64,000 nucleotides of DNA. It comes from an uncultured delta proteobacterium (GTDB lineage: Bacteria > Desulfobacterota > Binatia > UBA9968). Made by a program: the position numbers and the translations under genes. The stretch lies in NCBI GenBank assembly GCA_963755715.1, contig CAVWLW010000027.1:1-64000 (forward strand). Reading direction: 5' to 3'. Positions 1 through 10,020 of this stretch are shown in pieces. Every line of letters starts with the position of its first letter. Position 1 is the stretch's first letter. The notes under the pieces were generated by a model that was not told where the DNA came from, did not search any database, and saw only the letters and a list, made by a program, of their open reading frames with translations.

Positions 1-1097
1 CTGATCGGCGCCTGATCCATCCACTCGGCACGGTCGACGAACGGGTAGCGGCTCTCATCGCCTTCCGGACGGCGGTTGCCGCGCGGCACATTGTCTTTCG
101 GAATGTCGATGCGCAGCGAATCCGGGCCGTCATTGCCCTGGGTAAACAATCTCTGATAGGCAATCTGTCCTTCGCGCGAAAGCAGCCAGTTAAGCCCGAT
201 CTTGGCTGCGTTCGGGTGCGGCGCTTTATTGATCAGCGCCACGCCGCCGGATCCGCCGGTGATATAGGTTCCCTCCTTCAATTGATCGGGCCTGAACCAA
301 CCGACCGGCAGCCCCTGGATTTGCATCAAGTCCAAGTCCATGCGCGAGACCGGCCCAAATATCGAGAACGCAAACTTCCCACCCGCCAACCAATCGCCCA
401 TTTGACGCGTATCGGTGCTGATAACGATGTCCGTTTCCGTGAGAATCCGTCTGATGAACTCCGGTCCGAGACTCTTGCTGTGATAGAAAAACCGCATGGC
501 GTCGCCCGAGCCGCCAAGCGTCGGATCGTAGGCAACGATCTTGCCCTTCCACTTGGGGTTGAGCAGATCCCAATATGATTTGATTTCGGCGGGGTTAACC
601 AGCTTGGTATTGAAGGCGACGACCATCCGATTTTCACCGTTGATGTTGAGTAGATACTGGTTCTCCGGATCGACATAGTGAAGCTTGCCGCGCCACCACT
701 TCGACGCATCGGTAACTTCAGGAAGCACGAGCTGTGGTGGAATCGGATCGAGAGCTTTCGCTTTGTAAAAAACATTGTAACCGGTCGTCATTCCGTTGAC
801 GTATAAGTCGGCAAGATATTTGTCGGCGCGCCGCTCGGCCATCAGACGCTTCGCCACATCGGCGCCGCGATTGAACACGCCTGTAATTTTGATCTCGGGA
901 TACTTTTTGTGAAGCTCGCCGAAAAGCCCTTCGAAATCCGGACTGCCGTAAAGCGTCAGTTGCCCTTCTTTTTTGGCGGCTTCGACGCTTTTCTCCCAGT
1001 CCGCTTTCCAAGCGTCGGCCTGCGCCGCGAGTGCGCCTCGACTCCAAAGCGCAATTAGAATCAAAACCGCACCCGCAAGATAGAAATTCCGCTTCAT
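1..1097 (-). CDS. ABC-type periplasmic substrate-binding protein (AfuA/SBP_bac_6-like), paralog 1; 3' end runs off the window
   Basis: Read manually, not in the ORF track. ATG at 1097 with AAGGAG RBS; MKRNFYLAGAVLILIALWSRGALAAQADAWKADWEKSVEAAKKEGQLTLYG ... NKAPHPNAAKIGLNWLLSREGQ ... DSLRIDIPKD; motifs at both ends of the gene are in the same frame. Confidence 0.9.
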   Translation of the reverse strand, partial: MKRNFYLAGAVLILIALWSRGALAAQADAWKADWEKSVEAAKKEGQLTLYGSPDFEGLFGELHKKYPEIKITGVFNRGADVAKRLMAERRADKYLADLYVNGMTTGYNVFYKAKALDPIPPQLVLPEVTDASKWWRGKLHYVDPENQYLLNINGENRMVVAFNTKLVNPAEIKSYWDLLNPKWKGKIVAYDPTLGGSGDAMRFFYHSKSLGPEFIRRILTETDIVISTDTRQMGDWLAGGKFAFSIFGPVSRMDLDLMQIQGLPVGWFRPDQLKEGTYITGGSGGVALINKAPHPNAAKIGLNWLLSREGQIAYQRLFTQGNDGPDSLRIDIPKDNVPRGNRRPEGDESRYPFVDRAEWMDQAPI

Positions 1098-1114
1098 CCG
1101 CTCTCCTTATTTCT

Positions 1115-2245
1115 TCATTTCTTCGCGCCTTGCTGCGCCTCTTTAATCACTTTGGTCACCGGCCCCATCTCCAGCCACTCGGGCTTTCCGGAATAAATAT
1201 ATTTCACGCCTTTCACACGCCGGTAAGTCGGAGGAATGACTTCCATAGATATATCTTCGCGCATAGATTGCCGGACGTCATGCTGTTGTGCGAATGCTTT
1301 TTGGTAAGTGTCTTGTCCCTCGCGCGACAGCAGCCAATTAATGGCCACCTTGGCGGCGTTGGGATGAGGCGCGTTCTTGAAAAGATTCACGCCGCCCTGG
1401 CTCGGACCGACGAAAGCACCCTCTTTGAATTGGCCAGGCTCGAAAAATTTCACCGGCAATCCCTGCTTCGCGGCGTCTTCGATATCGCTGACAAAAAAGG
1501 CAATTTGAAACTTACCGGCGCCGAGCCAATCGATCATCTGCCGCTCGTCGCGTGAATAGGTGATCTCCATCTCACCGAAAAATCGTTTGATAAATTCCGG
1601 TCCGAGGTCGGGATGGTTGTACAGGAACCGCAAAGAGTGAGCGACGTTGCTCACCCGACTGACATCGTAAGCGACGATCTTGCCTTTCCATTTCGGATCG
1701 AGAAAATCCCAGTACGATTTGAGCTCCTTCGGATTGACCGCTTTCGTATTGTAGGAGTTCTCGCCGCCATGGACGTTCCCCTGAAAGACAAAAATATACT
1801 TTCCTTCGGGATCGGCATAATGATGTTTGCCTTCCCACCACTTCGATTCGTCGACGACTTCGGGCAGGATTAGCACCGGTCGGATCGGTTCGAGAATGTT
1901 GGCCTTGAGGTAAACTTGAATCGGCGTGACCACGCCGTTGATAAAAAGATCGACGAGATATTTCCCAGCGCGCCGCTCCGTCATCACGCGCGCGCCATGT
2001 TCGCTGCCGCGCATGTTCGTAACGGCGTTCACTTTGATCTCCGGGTACTTCTTTTGAAAGACTTCGAAGACTTTCTCGTAGCCCTGGCTGCCGTAAAAAG
2101 AAATCTCCCCTTCTTTCTTTGCCGCGGCCAAGGTCTGCTCCCACTCGGCTTTCCAGGAATCCGCAACAGCAGCGAGCGCTGGCCAAGGGAGGACGGTGAA
2201 GCCAAACACGCCCACGAACACGAGCCACGATATTCGCACTCTCAT
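1115..2245 (-). CDS. ABC-type periplasmic substrate-binding protein, paralog 2
   Basis: ORF 1115..2287; likely start MRVRISW at 2245 with signal peptide; family motifs WEQTLAAAKKEG, ERRAGKYLVD, YWDFLDPKWKGKI, APHPNAAKVAINWLLSREGQ. Confidence 0.9.
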   Translation of the reverse strand: MRVRISWLVFVGVFGFTVLPWPALAAVADSWKAEWEQTLAAAKKEGEISFYGSQGYEKVFEVFQKKYPEIKVNAVTNMRGSEHGARVMTERRAGKYLVDLFINGVVTPIQVYLKANILEPIRPVLILPEVVDESKWWEGKHHYADPEGKYIFVFQGNVHGGENSYNTKAVNPKELKSYWDFLDPKWKGKIVAYDVSRVSNVAHSLRFLYNHPDLGPEFIKRFFGEMEITYSRDERQMIDWLGAGKFQIAFFVSDIEDAAKQGLPVKFFEPGQFKEGAFVGPSQGGVNLFKNAPHPNAAKVAINWLLSREGQDTYQKAFAQQHDVRQSMREDISMEVIPPTYRRVKGVKYIYSGKPEWLEMGPVTKVIKEAQQGAKK

Positions 2246-2259
2246 CCCCCAACACTCCA

Positions 2260-3696
2260 TCATTCCAATCTCAAAACGTCCTTCCACTTCTCAAGAGTCT
2301 TTCTGCGCGTCTCCTCCGGAAAGTAGCAGGTTTTGGCGTATTGATCTTTCCAGTGAAACGGCTGGCAGGCGTCGATGATGGCAACGGAATTGGTGAACTT
2401 GCGCGCCGCGCGCGCATCCGGCGTGATGCGCGGGTCGAGCGGCGTGCTCCAGGCTTCGTTGATTACGTTGATCGCCGTCGCCGGATCGCAGCGCGTCGCC
2501 AGCGCCCATAGCACGTCGTCGATATTCGACGGATCGACGTCGTCGTCGACAATGATCACAAAACGGCGGTGATAACCATAAGTCGATCCTAGCATCGCCA
2601 TCGCCGCCCGCTTCACGTGACCGCCATACTTCTGCTTGAGCGAAATCACCGTGATATAACGCGTCTGGTATTCCCAGACGCCTTGCACGTCGGTCACGCC
2701 GGCTTTCTCCAGGGCGAGCCAGACGTTGGCGGCGCTGAGCCCAACCGATTTGCCGGAGATGCCGGGCGGCATGCCGAGGATGATCGGATTGTTTCGATAA
2801 AAGACGTTTTTGACTTTCACCACCGGCTCATTGCGCGTTCCCGAAGCGTAGTAACCCGTCCACTCGCCGAACGGTCCTTCGGCGCGGCTGTCTTCACTAG
2901 GAGGAACGATGAAACCTTCGACCGCCAGCTCGGAAGTTGCGGGAATCGGCAAGCCCGTGTTTCTCGCCGCGAACGAATTTCACCGGCTCGCCGAACAACC
3001 AACCGGCGATTTCCAGCTCCGACACGCCCCACGCTTCGTACCAGCTCGCAACTTTGGCCAAATCGGGTCCTGACCGAAGCTGATCACGACGGGACAAGGC
3101 TTTCCCTGCGCCCAATATTTTTCCCGAATCAGTCGGCCGTGCTTGCCGGGTGAAATCCAGATTCCAAGAGTATTCTTGTCATGCACACAAACGCGATAGG
3201 TCCCGACATTGGTCCAATGTCCATCGGGATCTTCCATAATCACCATGCAGCCCGTGCCGATGTACCTGCCACCGTCATGCTCGTGCCAGCGCGGCGTGGG
3301 AAATTTGAGCAAATCGACTTTGTCGCCGCTGTCGACGTTCTCGGTTATCTGCCCGCTCGACACTTCCATGGGTTTGATCGGCTTTTGGCTGCCGAGTTTT
3401 TCTTTCCACGCGCGAATGATATCCAACCCCGTCAGCTTGGGGTCCAAGCCAAAAGCCAATGCCGTCGTCGCCGGCGAACAAACAGGATTGGTCACGACGC
3501 GAAATCCTTTTGGATAATCTTTGATGTTGTCGAAGAGCACGACTTTGGGATTCGCCGCCCGCGCCGCCACTTCGGTGATGGCGCCGATTTCCAAATCCCA
3601 ATCCGCCCCGTCGACGATGCGCAGCTCGCCAAGTTTGTCGGCCGCTTCGAGATATCCGCGCAGATCTTTATAGACTAGCGATGATGTTGTGGACAT
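2260..3696 (-). CDS. UbiD-family (prFMN-dependent) decarboxylase 1, two apparent frameshifts near 3060 and 2960
   Basis: ORFs 2980..3696, 2897..3115 and 2260..2952 join: YKDLRGYL...ADWDLEIGAI, DGGRYIGTG, NVGTYR, EGPFGEWTGYY, IVDDDVDP...VLWALATRCDP. Confidence 0.9.
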
Positions 3697-3721
3697 TGGC
3701 GCTTCCCTCCGCCATTAATTT

Positions 3722-3758
3722 CCCCTCGCTCACGAAGTGGGAGAGGGCAAGGGTGAGG
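3722..3758. repeat. REP-like imperfect palindrome CCCCTCGCTCACGAAGTGGGAGAGGGCAAGGGTGAGG
   Basis: Intergenic hairpin CCCTCGCTCAC/GTGGGAGAGGG with GGGTGAGG tail, like the CCCTCTCCC..GGGAGAGGG..GGGTGAGG class of bacterial repeats. Confidence 0.55.
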
Positions 3759-3763
3759 TCTCA

Positions 3764-3794
3764 TTTTCAATTCTCCACTTTCCATTCTCAATTC
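3764..3794. repeat. Degenerate heptamer tandem repeat (TTTTCAA/TTCTCCA/CTTTCCA/TTCTCAA)
   Basis: Four units overlapping the stop codon of the 3788 SBP gene. Confidence 0.7.
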
Positions 3795-4873
3795 CCTTTC
3801 GCTTTCAGCGCTTCATTGACGACATCGAGAACCGGTTTCATATCCATCCACTCAGGTTTGCCAGTGTCGAGATATTTGATATCCGGCAGGCGGCGCTGCT
3901 CGAACGGCACTTCGTCCTTGGGAATATCGATGCGCAATGAATCGGCGGGACTCTCTGCGTTGGCCTGGCTTTTTTGCAGTGCCATCTGACCGCGGCGCGA
4001 CAAGAGCCAATTGATGAAAACCTTCGCCGCGTTGGGATGCGGCGCTCGATTGACGAGCGTAAGCGTACCGAATTGCTGCACCAAGCCGCCGCCTTCTTTG
4101 AAAACGCGCGGGCCGAAGGTGCCCACCGGCAAGCCTTGCTGCTTTAACACATCGACATCGCAAAAAAAGCAGATCGCATATTTTCCCGTGGCGAGCCAAT
4201 CAGGACCCTGGCGAAAATCGCGAAACAACGTTACGTCCATCTCGCCGAACAGTTTGCGAATAAACGACGGCCCAAGATCGGGGTGATAATAGAAAAACCG
4301 CGTGTTGCCGGCGCCCGGCCCGGCTTCACGAATATCGCGCGCTTCGACCTTGCCTTTCCACTTTGGGTTCAGCAGGTCCCAGTACGAATGAAATTCTTTT
4401 TCGTTGACGGCTTTGCTGTTGTAATTGACCGCGCCGTAAGTCGCCGAGCCGACGTAGTTGAAAACATATTGCGATTCCGGATCGGAATATTGATGCGTCT
4501 TCAGATACCATTTGGTTTGATCGCTGACCTCAGGCAGAATCAAAGCAGGCTTGATCGGATCGAGCACTTTCGCGAGATAAAAAACCTGATAGTTAGGATT
4601 GGCGCCGGAGCTTACGACGTCGGCAAGATATTTTTCGGCGCGCCGCTCGCTCAGAAGGCGTTGCCCGAGCTGGTTGCCGCGCGCCGTGACCGCAGTTACC
4701 TTAATTTCGGGAAATTCTTTCTCAAAGTGCGGCAATACCGCTTCATAGCCGCTGATATAAACGGTGACCTGTCCCTCTTTCTTCGCCGCCGCGAGCGTGT
4801 TTTCCCATTCTTGCTGCCACGGCGGCTTCGCCTGCGCGGCAAAAGAAAAGACCGCCGAGTTCAATAAGCCCAA
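3788..4873 (-). CDS. ABC-type periplasmic substrate-binding protein, paralog 3 (signal peptide probably frameshifted near 4875)
   Basis: WQQEWENTLAAAKKEGQV, ERRAEKYLAD, GKYAICFFCD, RAPHPNAAKVFINWLLSRRGQ; hydrophobic VICALMLG lies upstream in another frame. Confidence 0.9.
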   Translation of the reverse strand: MGLLNSAVFSFAAQAKPPWQQEWENTLAAAKKEGQVTVYISGYEAVLPHFEKEFPEIKVTAVTARGNQLGQRLLSERRAEKYLADVVSSGANPNYQVFYLAKVLDPIKPALILPEVSDQTKWYLKTHQYSDPESQYVFNYVGSATYGAVNYNSKAVNEKEFHSYWDLLNPKWKGKVEARDIREAGPGAGNTRFFYYHPDLGPSFIRKLFGEMDVTLFRDFRQGPDWLATGKYAICFFCDVDVLKQQGLPVGTFGPRVFKEGGGLVQQFGTLTLVNRAPHPNAAKVFINWLLSRRGQMALQKSQANAESPADSLRIDIPKDEVPFEQRRLPDIKYLDTGKPEWMDMKPVLDVVNEALKAKGN

Positions 4874-4901
4874 GCATCAAAGCACATATTACGCAACACG
4901 A

Positions 4902-4936
4902 TTTTCAATTCTCAATTCTCCATTTTCCATTCTCGA
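4902..4936. repeat. Degenerate heptamer tandem repeat (TTTTCAA TTCTCAA TTCTCCA TTTTCCA TTCTCGA)
   Basis: Five units directly after the stop codon of the 4937 SBP gene. Confidence 0.75.
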
Positions 4937-6094
4937 TCAATTCTTCCCCGCGGCTTTCAGCGCTTCGTTCATGACATCCAAGATCGGTTTCATATCCTGC
5001 CACTCCGGCCGGCTGGTGTCTAAATACTTCACGCCGTCGAAGCGTCGTTGGAGCACCGGAACCTCGTCTTTGGGAATATCGATCCGCAAGGAGTCGACGG
5101 GATTCTCCGTGGACGACATGATTTTTTGCACGGTGCTCTGACCCTTTCGTGACAGGAGCCAGTTGATGAAAACCTTTGCGGCGTTGGGGTGAGGCGCGCG
5201 GTTGACCAAGCCCAGGGTGCCGTACTGGCTTACCAACCCCGCGCCTTCTTTAAAGACGCCAGGGCCAATGGTATCCACGGGCAACCCTTGCTGTTTCGAC
5301 ACATCGGCTTCGCAAAAGAAACAAAGGGCCGCCTTGCCCACAGCGAGCCAGTCGCTACCTTGGCGATAGTCGCGAAACAGCGTCACGTCCATCTCTCCAT
5401 ACAATTTCCGAATGAACGTCGGTCCAACGTCCGGCAGGTGGTAAAACAATCGCGCGTTGCCCGAGCCGGGGCCCGACACGCGAATGTCGCGCGAAATGAT
5501 TTTCCCTTTCCACTTGGGCGCGAGCAGATCCCAGTAGGATTTAAAATCCTTCACGTTGACTAACTTGGTGTTGTAACTGATCGCGCCATAGGTCGCGGTA
5601 GCCACGTAGTCGAAAATGTACTGATTCTCAGAGTCGGAGTAATGATGCTTGCCTAGGTACCACTTCGAAGTGTCGTTGATCTCGGGCAACAGCAGCGCCG
5701 GCTTGATCGGATCGAAGACCTTGGCGGGAAACAGTTGCTGAAAGGTTGTCACGCCACCTGCGTTGACCACGTCGGCCAAATACTTTTCCGCGCGCCGCTC
5801 TGCGAGTAATTTCTGGCCGACCTGGGAGCCTCGGCCCGTGGTCGGGAGAACTTTGATTTCCGGATATTCTTTCTGAAACTCCGGCAGAATCTCTTCGTAG
5901 CCGCTAATATAAACGGCGACTTGGCCTTCCTTCTTCGCGGCAGCTAAAACTTTTTCCCACTCGCCTTGCCATGCCGGTTTAACTTCAGCGGCATGTACGG
6001 TGCGCGGACAAGTGCCGATTGCCGCGATCGTCACAAAACCCGCAACCGAAGCTATCGTAACTATCATTCGTCTTTTCAAATCTAGCCAAATCAT
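4937..6094 (-). CDS. ABC-type periplasmic substrate-binding protein, paralog 4
   Basis: 385 aa; signal peptide; WEKVLAAAKKEGQVAVYISGYE, GKAALCFFCE, RAPHPNAAKVFINWLLSRKGQ; closest to paralog 3. Confidence 0.92.
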   Translation of the reverse strand: MIWLDLKRRMIVTIASVAGFVTIAAIGTCPRTVHAAEVKPAWQGEWEKVLAAAKKEGQVAVYISGYEEILPEFQKEYPEIKVLPTTGRGSQVGQKLLAERRAEKYLADVVNAGGVTTFQQLFPAKVFDPIKPALLLPEINDTSKWYLGKHHYSDSENQYIFDYVATATYGAISYNTKLVNVKDFKSYWDLLAPKWKGKIISRDIRVSGPGSGNARLFYHLPDVGPTFIRKLYGEMDVTLFRDYRQGSDWLAVGKAALCFFCEADVSKQQGLPVDTIGPGVFKEGAGLVSQYGTLGLVNRAPHPNAAKVFINWLLSRKGQSTVQKIMSSTENPVDSLRIDIPKDEVPVLQRRFDGVKYLDTSRPEWQDMKPILDVMNEALKAAGKN

Positions 6095-6106
6095 CTTTCG
6101 CTCACC

Positions 6107-7234
6107 TTAGCTCGCTTTCTTCTGCGTGTAGCTCCACTCGTAGTCACGATTTCGGTACGCCTCATCCGGCATCACCGACTGCAATCCTTTGAGCGATAGC
6201 TCGGACTCGAATTTCTCGCGAATCATCGGGTCCTCGTCGGTATACTCGATCTGATCGCGCGCGCGGTCTTCGACTTTCTCGCTGATGCCGCTGAGCCCGC
6301 GCGGCGGATGAATCGCCAGATAGCGCGCCGGCGCGCCGCCGATGTTGAAGTGTTGGTGAAACCAGCGATTGGGCGGCACGAACAAACTCGCTTCGTGCCA
6401 CGGGATGATAATTTTCTCGCCCCCCTCCGGCCACATGATCGAGTAGCCTTCTCCGGCAGGGATGACGATCAAGTAGCCCGGACCATGCCGGTGCCCTTTT
6501 TTGTAAGTGCGCGCGGGAAAAACCGACATATGCGCCGAGATCGGCGAGCTGGGAAATCCCACCCACACGACGTGGCCGCCGGCGCCGCGCCGCTCAAAAT
6601 GATCGAGCCGATCCCACGCTCGCATGTCGGCAAAAAAATTGCCGAACCAAATGTTTCGTCCGTCGCGCGCGGTGCCGGGCTCGTTCAGAGTCACGACTTT
6701 GGCTTCGGAATAGACCTCGCGCGCTCCCTGGCCGTAGAGCAAACCGTAATCGACCAGCGGATTGTTGAAGAAATAATCCGGATCGGGCAGCACCGACATC
6801 GCCAGCGGCAAGTAGCTGCAATGCAGCAGCTTGACCGATTGATCGCCTTGCATGTTGCTCAGCTGGCAATAGTAGTTGCCCGGAATCAGAAACATCGCGT
6901 GGCTTTGCCACTCAAAGATTTTCTTGGCGTGATCACCGGCCCAGATGCTGGCCACGCCGCGGCCTTTTAAGACATAAACAACTTCGTCCACCGCGACGCG
7001 AAACGACGGCAGCGTTTTTCCCGGCGGAATCTCCGTGACGTAAGCGCCGGTCACGCCTTCCTGGCCGGCGAGCTGAATAAACGCCGCGTCGCACTCACGC
7101 TCCGCCCAATAGCCAAGCTCCACCGTGCGGCAGTCTTCGATGTAATAACCGCGATGAATCGGCGCGCCCGTCGATTCGATCCAGTTCTCATAGGGAGTTT
7201 TTTTGTCCCAAAAATTCGCCGTCGATCTAGCCAT
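6107..7234 (-). CDS. Bicupin protein (gentisate 1,2-dioxygenase-like fold), copy 1
   Basis: Likely start MARSTANF at 7234 with GGAGG RBS; C-terminal cupin metal motif GHRHGPG...WFHQHFN; the N-terminal cupin lacks the His ligands. Confidence 0.8.
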   Translation of the reverse strand: MARSTANFWDKKTPYENWIESTGAPIHRGYYIEDCRTVELGYWAERECDAAFIQLAGQEGVTGAYVTEIPPGKTLPSFRVAVDEVVYVLKGRGVASIWAGDHAKKIFEWQSHAMFLIPGNYYCQLSNMQGDQSVKLLHCSYLPLAMSVLPDPDYFFNNPLVDYGLLYGQGAREVYSEAKVVTLNEPGTARDGRNIWFGNFFADMRAWDRLDHFERRGAGGHVVWVGFPSSPISAHMSVFPARTYKKGHRHGPGYLIVIPAGEGYSIMWPEGGEKIIIPWHEASLFVPPNRWFHQHFNIGGAPARYLAIHPPRGLSGISEKVEDRARDQIEYTDEDPMIREKFESELSLKGLQSVMPDEAYRNRDYEWSYTQKKAS

Positions 7235-7292
7235 GTGACTTCCTCCGTCTATTCTCTTTAGCGCGAAATTAGCATCCACCGTGTTTCTTCTT

Positions 7293-7375
7293 GTAGGGGC
7301 AGGCCCCTGTGCCTGCCCTGAGTCCAATCGAAGGGCCTGTCCTCCGAAAGGGCAACCACGGGGGGTTGCCCCTAC
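7293..7375. repeat. GTAG-class REP pair (REPIN-like element)
   Basis: GTAGGGGCAGGCCCCTGTGCCTGCCC ... GGGCAACCACGGGGGGTTGCCCCTAC: two hairpins in inverted orientation with GTAG/CTAC ends. Confidence 0.8.
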
Positions 7376-8532
7376 TTCCTTTTTGACTGCGCCAAAGCCT
7401 TCTCGACAATGTCTTGGATCGGCGCCATGTCCATATACTCCGGCTTATCCACCAGTATATATTTGACGCCGTCGACGCGTCGCACTTCGCTGCGCACCAT
7501 GTCCTTTGGGATATCGGTGCGCAGCGACTCTTCAGAATTGTTAGGCGTGTTGGCGACACGCTGAAGCGCCGTCTGACCCTCGCGCGAGAGCAACCAGTTG
7601 ACGAACATGCGCGCGGCGTTCGGGTGCGGCGGCTGGCTCGGTAATACTATAGAACCCATGTTACCCGCCGAAATCGCCCGGCTCTCTTTCCACTTCGCCG
7701 TGTGAAATTCATCGACGGGCAGCCCTTGGCCTTTCGCCTTCAGAATTTCTGAACAGAAAAAGCAAATGGCAAACTTGCCACTGGCCAACCAGTCGGTCGT
7801 CTGGCGGAGTTCTTGAGTCAAGGTGACGTCCATCTCGCCGTACAAACGCCGAATAAACTCCGCGCCCAACTCCGGCGTGTGGTAATACATCCGCAAACCG
7901 ATTCTTTGGCTGCCGGAAATCTTCGGATCGCGCGAGAGAATTTTTCCTTTCCACTTGGGTTGGAGAAAATCCCAGTAGGAACGAATCTCGCCCGCCTCCA
8001 CCGCCTTGGTATTGTACGAAACATACTCGCCGACGTTGCCGAGATAGAGGAGAATATATCGGTTCTCCGGGTCGACGTATTGATGCTGGCCGAGCCACCA
8101 CTTGGACTCATCGGTGACCTCGGGAAGGATCAGCGCCGCGCGCACGCTATCCAAAATTTTGGCGCGATAGAATACTTCATAGGCCGTCGTCACTCCGCTG
8201 ATATAAACATCGACGAGATACTTGCCCGCGCGCCGCTCCGCCATGATGCGCGGCGCGAGGGTATTACCCCGACCGAGAGTCGTAACGACGTTGATCTCGG
8301 GATATTTTTTCTGAAACAACTGCACGACGGTGCCAAGCTCGCCTTCGCCCTGGAAGAGATAGAGCGACAGCGAGCCTTCTTTCTTTGCCGCCTGCACCGT
8401 CCGTTCCCATTCGGCTTGCCAATTGGGTTTGGATTCGGCGGCGTAAGGCGCAGTGGTCCAAAAGACAACGACAAGGAGACCTACGGCTGTCGCAAGAAAA
8501 AGATTCATAGATCCTCGACCCACAGCCATCAC
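7372..8532 (-). CDS. ABC-type periplasmic substrate-binding protein, paralog 5
   Basis: 386 aa; WERTVQAAKKEG, ERRAGKYLVD, GKFAICFFCS, PPHPNAARMFVNWLLSREGQ. Confidence 0.92.
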   Translation of the reverse strand: MMAVGRGSMNLFLATAVGLLVVVFWTTAPYAAESKPNWQAEWERTVQAAKKEGSLSLYLFQGEGELGTVVQLFQKKYPEINVVTTLGRGNTLAPRIMAERRAGKYLVDVYISGVTTAYEVFYRAKILDSVRAALILPEVTDESKWWLGQHQYVDPENRYILLYLGNVGEYVSYNTKAVEAGEIRSYWDFLQPKWKGKILSRDPKISGSQRIGLRMYYHTPELGAEFIRRLYGEMDVTLTQELRQTTDWLASGKFAICFFCSEILKAKGQGLPVDEFHTAKWKESRAISAGNMGSIVLPSQPPHPNAARMFVNWLLSREGQTALQRVANTPNNSEESLRTDIPKDMVRSEVRRVDGVKYILVDKPEYMDMAPIQDIVEKALAQSKRK

Positions 8533-9275
8533 TTCTTCCCGGCAAATATTTCGTCCATTAGTTTCATCGCCGGCGTAATATCTTTAGTATCCGGGTCCTC
8601 AGCGTCAAAATACTTTACCCCTTGGTCGCGCCGTTCGGACGCCGGAATGTGATCCTTCGGCACGTCGATGCGCCGCGAGTTTTTCGCGTCTCCCGGCATG
8701 CTGATGACGCGCTGGAAGGCAGTTTGCCCTTCGCGCGAAAGCAACCAATTGACAAACACCTTGGCCGCGTTGGGATGGGGCGCGCGGTTCATGAGCGCGA
8801 GTTGGCCGAAGGCTACGGCGAGGCTGGCGCCCTCTTTCATATGATGCGGATCGAATTCGTCCACCGGTAATCCCTGCGCCTTGGCTTTGGCCGTGTAAGA
8901 ACTCTGCGTCGGCATCGACAGCGCAAACTTGCCCACCGCGAGCCAATCCACCGCCTGGCGCACGTCGGCGGTCAAAGTCACGTCCATTTCTCCGTAGAAA
9001 CGCCGAATGAACTCAGGTCCGAGGTCCTTGTGATAGTAAAGATACTGCACCGACAAGCCGGACCCGCGCACTTTTCGAATGTCAGGGGAAACAATCTTGC
9101 CTTTCAACTTGGGATTCAGAAAATCCCATAAGGACTTGTAGTCCTGAGGATTGATCAGATTGGTGTTGTAAGCCGGACTCGCACCCGCCGCCACGTTGCC
9201 TTCGAAAGCAAAAATATAGCGCCCCTCGCGGTCGACGTATTTTTGCTTGCCCTCCCACCATTTCGACGGATCGAC
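8529..9275 (-). pseudogene. C-terminal two-thirds of SBP paralog 6 (N-terminus missing)
   Basis: Frame opens mid-protein at VDPSKWWEGKQKYVDREGRYIFAFEGNVAAGASPAYNT and runs to ...KLMDEIFAGKK; no start or signal peptide. Confidence 0.8.
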
Positions 9276-9930
9276 GCTTGACGAAGTCCGGCCCCAGCTG
9301 CGTGTTGTAAAAGTAGCGGATCACGCTCGGCGAGCCGACGCCGGGTCGCTCGAAGAGCAGAATTTTTCCTTTCCACTTTGGACTGAGCAGATCCCAGTAG
9401 GATTTGAATTCCTTTAAATCCACCAAGTTCGTGTTGTAGTGCAAACCCACTCCGGCGACGCTGCCTTCATACATGAAGACGAACTGTTTTTCGCTGTCGG
9501 CGTAGTAGTGCTCGCCGTTCAACCATTTGGAGCCGTCGACGACATCGGGCGAGAGCAGCATCGGCTTGAGCGGGTCGAGCACGCCGGCTTTATGGAAATC
9601 AAAAAACGATCGGCCGCCCAAACCGCCGCTGTAAATGTCGGCTAGAAATTTCCCGGCGCGCCGCTCGGCGATGATGCGCGGCATCAAATCGCCGACCCGC
9701 CCGCTTACGCTGACGGCTTTGACGAAAGGAAATTCTTTGGTGAATGCCGCAATGATGTCGGGATGCGTGATTTCTTGTTCACCCCAGAGTCGCACCTCGC
9801 CTTCCCGCTTCGCGCCTTCGAGGACCTTCTCCCACTCGCGTTGCCAATTGGGTTTGGGTTCCGCGGCATTGGCAACTCCGATGAGTCCGAGCACCAATGT
9901 AATGATAATGAATTGACCCGATCGCTTCAC
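9274..9930 (-). pseudogene. N-terminal ~220 aa of SBP paralog 7 (C-terminus missing)
   Basis: GTG start, signal peptide, WEKVLEGAKREG...YWDLLSPKWKGKI...QLGPDFVKR, then an out-of-frame jump into paralog 6 sequence. Confidence 0.8.
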
Positions 9931-10020
9931 AATCTATCCTGGCAGCGACGGTGAAGGCTAGGACAGGGTGCCCGATTCGAACGGCTTGAACGGTTTCCAC
10001 GACTGCAACTTAGTTTTCCT

